Notes under the pieces: model-generated | What the model was told of the DNA's origin: nothing | Seen by the model: only the letters and a program-made list of their open reading frames with translations | Databases searched by the model: none | Source: Patescibacteria group bacterium | GTDB taxonomy: Bacteria > Patescibacteriota > Microgenomatia > Levybacterales > UBA12049 | Direction of reading: 5' to 3' | Length of the DNA: 64,000 bases | Assembly (NCBI GenBank): GCA_038062115.1 | Contig: JBBTXS010000009.1 | Span: 27,681-91,680 of the forward strand | Translations under genes and position numbers: made by a program | Part shown: positions 60,977 through 64,000 of the stretch, piece by piece | How positions within the stretch are numbered: position 1 is the first letter of the stretch | Layout of the letters: every line of letters starts with the position of its first letter

Positions 60977-62027
60977 TTTTATTCCTAATAATAAAATGTA
61001 AAAAAAGTATTGCCCCTCCAACGATTATAAGAAGCATGACAATAGCAAAAAGTTTGGCCCGACTCGATAGCGTTAGTGCAATTGTTCCTAGTATTCCCGA
61101 AAATATCCAATAAAACAAAGCAATACTTCTTTGTTTTATTCCAAGCCCTAAAAGAAGATGATGTAGATGTTTTTTGTCATGCCAAAAAGGAGAACGGCCT
61201 GTTAGTAAACGACGAAAAATTGTAAAAACCCCATCGATCATTGGCACTCCCATTACTAAAATTGCAGTTGCAAGTTTTGCCGAAGACATAATAGAAACAG
61301 TGCTTAGCAATAAATAGACTGCTGTTGCTCCGTAACCTGGGAAAATTTTTGCTGGATAAAAGTTAAAGATTAAAAATCCCAAAGCAGAACCTGCAATTAT
61401 AAAAGAAAGATTTGTGTTAATAAGATTAAACTCATCAAATACTCCAAAACGAAGACTCAAAATTCCGATCACAACTCCAGATATTGCTACAATTCCTGGC
61501 ATTTGTCCATCTACCCCTTTGCTCCAATTAAGCATGTTAATAACCCAAACGATCCAAACAATAGCAATTAGGTCGGAAAGGGCAAAAACAGAATGGATGC
61601 CAAAAAAATCAAGAGAAAGTTTAATAGAATTTAAGTATAAAATTCCACCCATTGGATTAGTTATAAAAGGTATGCTTATTCCGCTTCCAACAATTATTAG
61701 GGCAGTTATTATGTTAATTATAAAACGTAAATACGGAGATATATCAAATTTATCATCTAATACTCCAGTTATAAGGGCAATAAGAGATGCTATAAAAAGT
61801 ACGATAACAGTTTTTGTTATTGGTAAAAATAATATTCCAGCTATTGCAATTCCTATAAAAAGAGGGATTCCACCACCCCTTGGTATTGGCTTTGTATGAA
61901 TCATTGCTGGATGCTTGTGGGTTTTAGGATCATCAAAAAGACCTATTTTTTTAATGAATATTAGAGAGACAGGCGTTGCGATAATTGTTATAAAAAATGC
62001 TGTTATAAAAGGTAAGATGGCAATCAT
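60966..62027 (-). CDS. Glycosyltransferase family 4 (WecA/MraY-like polyprenyl-phosphate sugar-1-P transferase)
   Basis: Polytopic. PIPRGGGIPLF, LDDKFDISP and VDGQMPG motifs. Confidence 0.75.
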   Translation of the reverse strand: MIAILPFITAFFITIIATPVSLIFIKKIGLFDDPKTHKHPAMIHTKPIPRGGGIPLFIGIAIAGILFLPITKTVIVLFIASLIALITGVLDDKFDISPYLRFIINIITALIIVGSGISIPFITNPMGGILYLNSIKLSLDFFGIHSVFALSDLIAIVWIVWVINMLNWSKGVDGQMPGIVAISGVVIGILSLRFGVFDEFNLINTNLSFIIAGSALGFLIFNFYPAKIFPGYGATAVYLLLSTVSIMSSAKLATAILVMGVPMIDGVFTIFRRLLTGRSPFWHDKKHLHHLLLGLGIKQRSIALFYWIFSGILGTIALTLSSRAKLFAIVMLLIIVGGAILFLHFIIRNKNDK

Positions 62028-62028
62028 G

Positions 62029-62382
62029 TTAGGTCACTAATACTACTGTTTTTACAACAAAAAGAAAAGTTAATGTTGTTACAACAAAAGTAGTTATAGC
62101 AAGCATTCTGGATACGAGTGGCATTTTTTGATAAAGTAATACGGAAATAAATAAGTTAAGAATAATAATCAACCAATCAATTAAGATAGGAATAAATATT
62201 GTTAAGGTTATACCTAATCTTTGTTCTCCCCAGGGAAGTTGATTGAAAATAGGTATAAAAGGAGAAAGATTTCTATATGTTAACAAAACGTAAAAAAAAG
62301 TAAGAAGAGACAAAATACAAGCGCCTAAAAATCCAAAGCGAGCAGTTTTATCGCCTCTTATATCTTTAAAGAATTCTTTCAT
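62029..62382 (-). CDS. Small polytopic membrane protein
   Basis: 117-aa hydrophobic ORF that overlaps the upstream gene end. Confidence 0.45.
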   Translation of the reverse strand: MKEFFKDIRGDKTARFGFLGACILSLLTFFYVLLTYRNLSPFIPIFNQLPWGEQRLGITLTIFIPILIDWLIIILNLFISVLLYQKMPLVSRMLAITTFVVTTLTFLFVVKTVVLVT

Positions 62383-63904
62383 AAATTAGTGCGTTTCCGA
62401 TTTTAATCCTTGGAAAATATCCAGACAAAGAGAAAGGGACAGTGTGTTGATCGGGCATAATTACAATAAACTTTGGTTTTACTTTGCTTATGCTATTTTT
62501 TGTATTTAAAATGCCATCTTTGTAACCAGTTATATGGTAGGCAACCACATATTTCCCAGGAGGAAGAACACCCACCATTTTATAGACCTGGGGATTATTT
62601 CCCCAAATAAATATTGAGTCATTCTTCCTAATCTTGGGTTTAAGAAAAAGTGCTATTTCATAATCTATTGGTGTTTTTTTGTCAAAAAAAGTTTCGTACG
62701 AAGTGATTGATTTTTTGTCGGCAATAAACATTATAAAATTTTTATAATAAGCAATTGATTTGTCAAAAAAATGGAAATTGCTAAATACAAATACCATTGC
62801 TATAAGTAAAAACAAAGTTATAATTTTTTGATATTTTTTATCCCAAAATATTAATCCCAAAATTAGCGAAAAACTAGGCAATAGAACCAATAGATAATGG
62901 GGGAATGGACGCTTAGCAAAAAACGCATTAAAAAGAGAAAATGCAAACCAGATAAGTATAAAAATTGTTGTTAAAGAAAGTATTTTTCTGATTTTAAAGA
63001 TATATAAAATAAAGACAGAAAGAAAAACAGCTTTTAACAAAAGAAGCCCCTGAGGTATCAAAAATTTGTTCCCATAGCCAACATAACCCACATTTTGTAT
63101 AAATGTTGCTTGCAAAAAATCTTTAAGACCACCGTTTATTAAAAAAAATAAAGTTGTTAAGATAATTGGAGCAATAAACCCAACTGATACTGAAATTATT
63201 TGATTTTTAATATTTTTGATATTTTTAAGAGATAATCTTTTGCCAAGACGAACAATAGCTACAAAGACAACAAATGCAGTAAAATCAAATATCGCTACAA
63301 CTTTAAAGAGAAAAGCAAAACTTAAAAGAAGACCAGCGGACAAAGGTATTAAGTAGTAAGAGTAAGTATTAAGCATTAGGTATGAATAAGAAGATTTCTT
63401 GTGAGACGATGTTTTATGTATTGACCTATCACGTGTTGTGTAAAGAATCAAAAGAGCTGATGTAATGACAGGAAGAAGCATAAAGTTTTCTGCATTTGCA
63501 ATATTGCCCTCAATTAAAGGAAGACCAAAAAGAATAGCAAAAATAACAGTTACAAAGTAACAAATTTTTAGTCCGCCAGCTGGCGGACTAAAAAGCTTTT
63601 TTGCAAGGAAGAAAAAAACCAATATAGATAAAAGCCCAGCAATTAATGATGCTAGCTTTGTTGCAAATTGATCAGAATTAAAGACAGAATACAATAAATA
63701 AATAAAAGGTGGCTTATTATCCCAAATATCTCTATACAATAATCTGTCATTCTTTATAGCATTTCCTAAAGTTTGGTATACGCCCTCATCGCCGTACCAG
63801 TAGGGTTCAAAAAGAGAAGGAAGGCGAAGAAGAAAAAAGAAAAATAAAATAATTAACATGAACCATGTAGTTTTGTTTTGTTCAAGGCGATCCAAAATTC
63901 TCAT
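62366..63904 (-). CDS. GT-C (PMT_2/ArnT-like) membrane glycosyltransferase-like protein
   Basis: 512 aa, polytopic, first-loop YWYGDEGVY motif, soluble C-terminal region. Confidence 0.55.
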   Translation of the reverse strand: MRILDRLEQNKTTWFMLIILFFFFLLRLPSLFEPYWYGDEGVYQTLGNAIKNDRLLYRDIWDNKPPFIYLLYSVFNSDQFATKLASLIAGLLSILVFFFLAKKLFSPPAGGLKICYFVTVIFAILFGLPLIEGNIANAENFMLLPVITSALLILYTTRDRSIHKTSSHKKSSYSYLMLNTYSYYLIPLSAGLLLSFAFLFKVVAIFDFTAFVVFVAIVRLGKRLSLKNIKNIKNQIISVSVGFIAPIILTTLFFLINGGLKDFLQATFIQNVGYVGYGNKFLIPQGLLLLKAVFLSVFILYIFKIRKILSLTTIFILIWFAFSLFNAFFAKRPFPHYLLVLLPSFSLILGLIFWDKKYQKIITLFLLIAMVFVFSNFHFFDKSIAYYKNFIMFIADKKSITSYETFFDKKTPIDYEIALFLKPKIRKNDSIFIWGNNPQVYKMVGVLPPGKYVVAYHITGYKDGILNTKNSISKVKPKFIVIMPDQHTVPFSLSGYFPRIKIGNALIYERIL

Positions 63905-64000
63905 AGTTTTTCGGTAACTTTATACTCCAGTCTTTTTCCTAGCATAAGTTGCGTATGCGAAATTAGGGCTGGGAGTGTCGAAAGAAAGAATCCAACAATT

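Overview
AT-rich bacterial chromosome fragment read with the standard code (TGA, TAG and TAA all end well-supported genes, several in ATGA stop/start overlaps). Gene content suggests a small-genome, Patescibacteria/CPR-like organism; that is inference only. Layout: (i) 0-11 kb: decayed histidine-kinase remnant, two receiver-only response regulators and a stand-alone HPt protein, then a type IV pilus locus (pilB, pilC, four pseudopilins including a 648-aa pilin-propeller fusion, and two tandem major pilin genes). (ii) 11-34 kb: housekeeping genes (Clp-like ATPase, nusA, infB, rpsO, pnp, secA, serS, rdgB, lysS fused to an HD domain, murB, kbl-tdh, greA). (iii) 34-38 kb: a decaying hotspot with a frameshifted GT-C glycosyltransferase, an epimerase remnant, and three small cassettes (DUF3800-like, MntA plus HepT remnant, AbrB/PIN), each bounded by a direct repeat derived from the 3' end of a neighbouring GT-C gene. 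(iv) 38-44 kb: one minus-strand operon, pilN/pilO-like, Pro/Thr-rich protein, FN3 protein, two GT-C genes. (v) 44-52 kb: rpsT, murJ, an AbrB/PIN cassette flanked by duplicated lepA 5' ends, lepA, a cohesin/PKD surface protein, groES-groEL. (vi) 52-59 kb: a minus-strand cluster of five paralogous secreted-protein genes with near-identical 5' and 3' sequence blocks but unrelated cores, interleaved with Fic, NTase-HEPN and a DEDDh exonuclease. (vii) 59-64 kb: envelope genes (PEGA/SH3, UbiA-type DPPR synthase, GT4 WecA-like, GT-C). At least 12 copies of a nested-palindrome repeat family bounded by GTCATT...AATGAC are scattered through the window. Some lie in frame inside essential genes (kbl, infB, a prepilin leader) and some form the cores of TIR-bounded MITEs. 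I found no tRNA, rRNA, CRISPR array, transposase or integrase.
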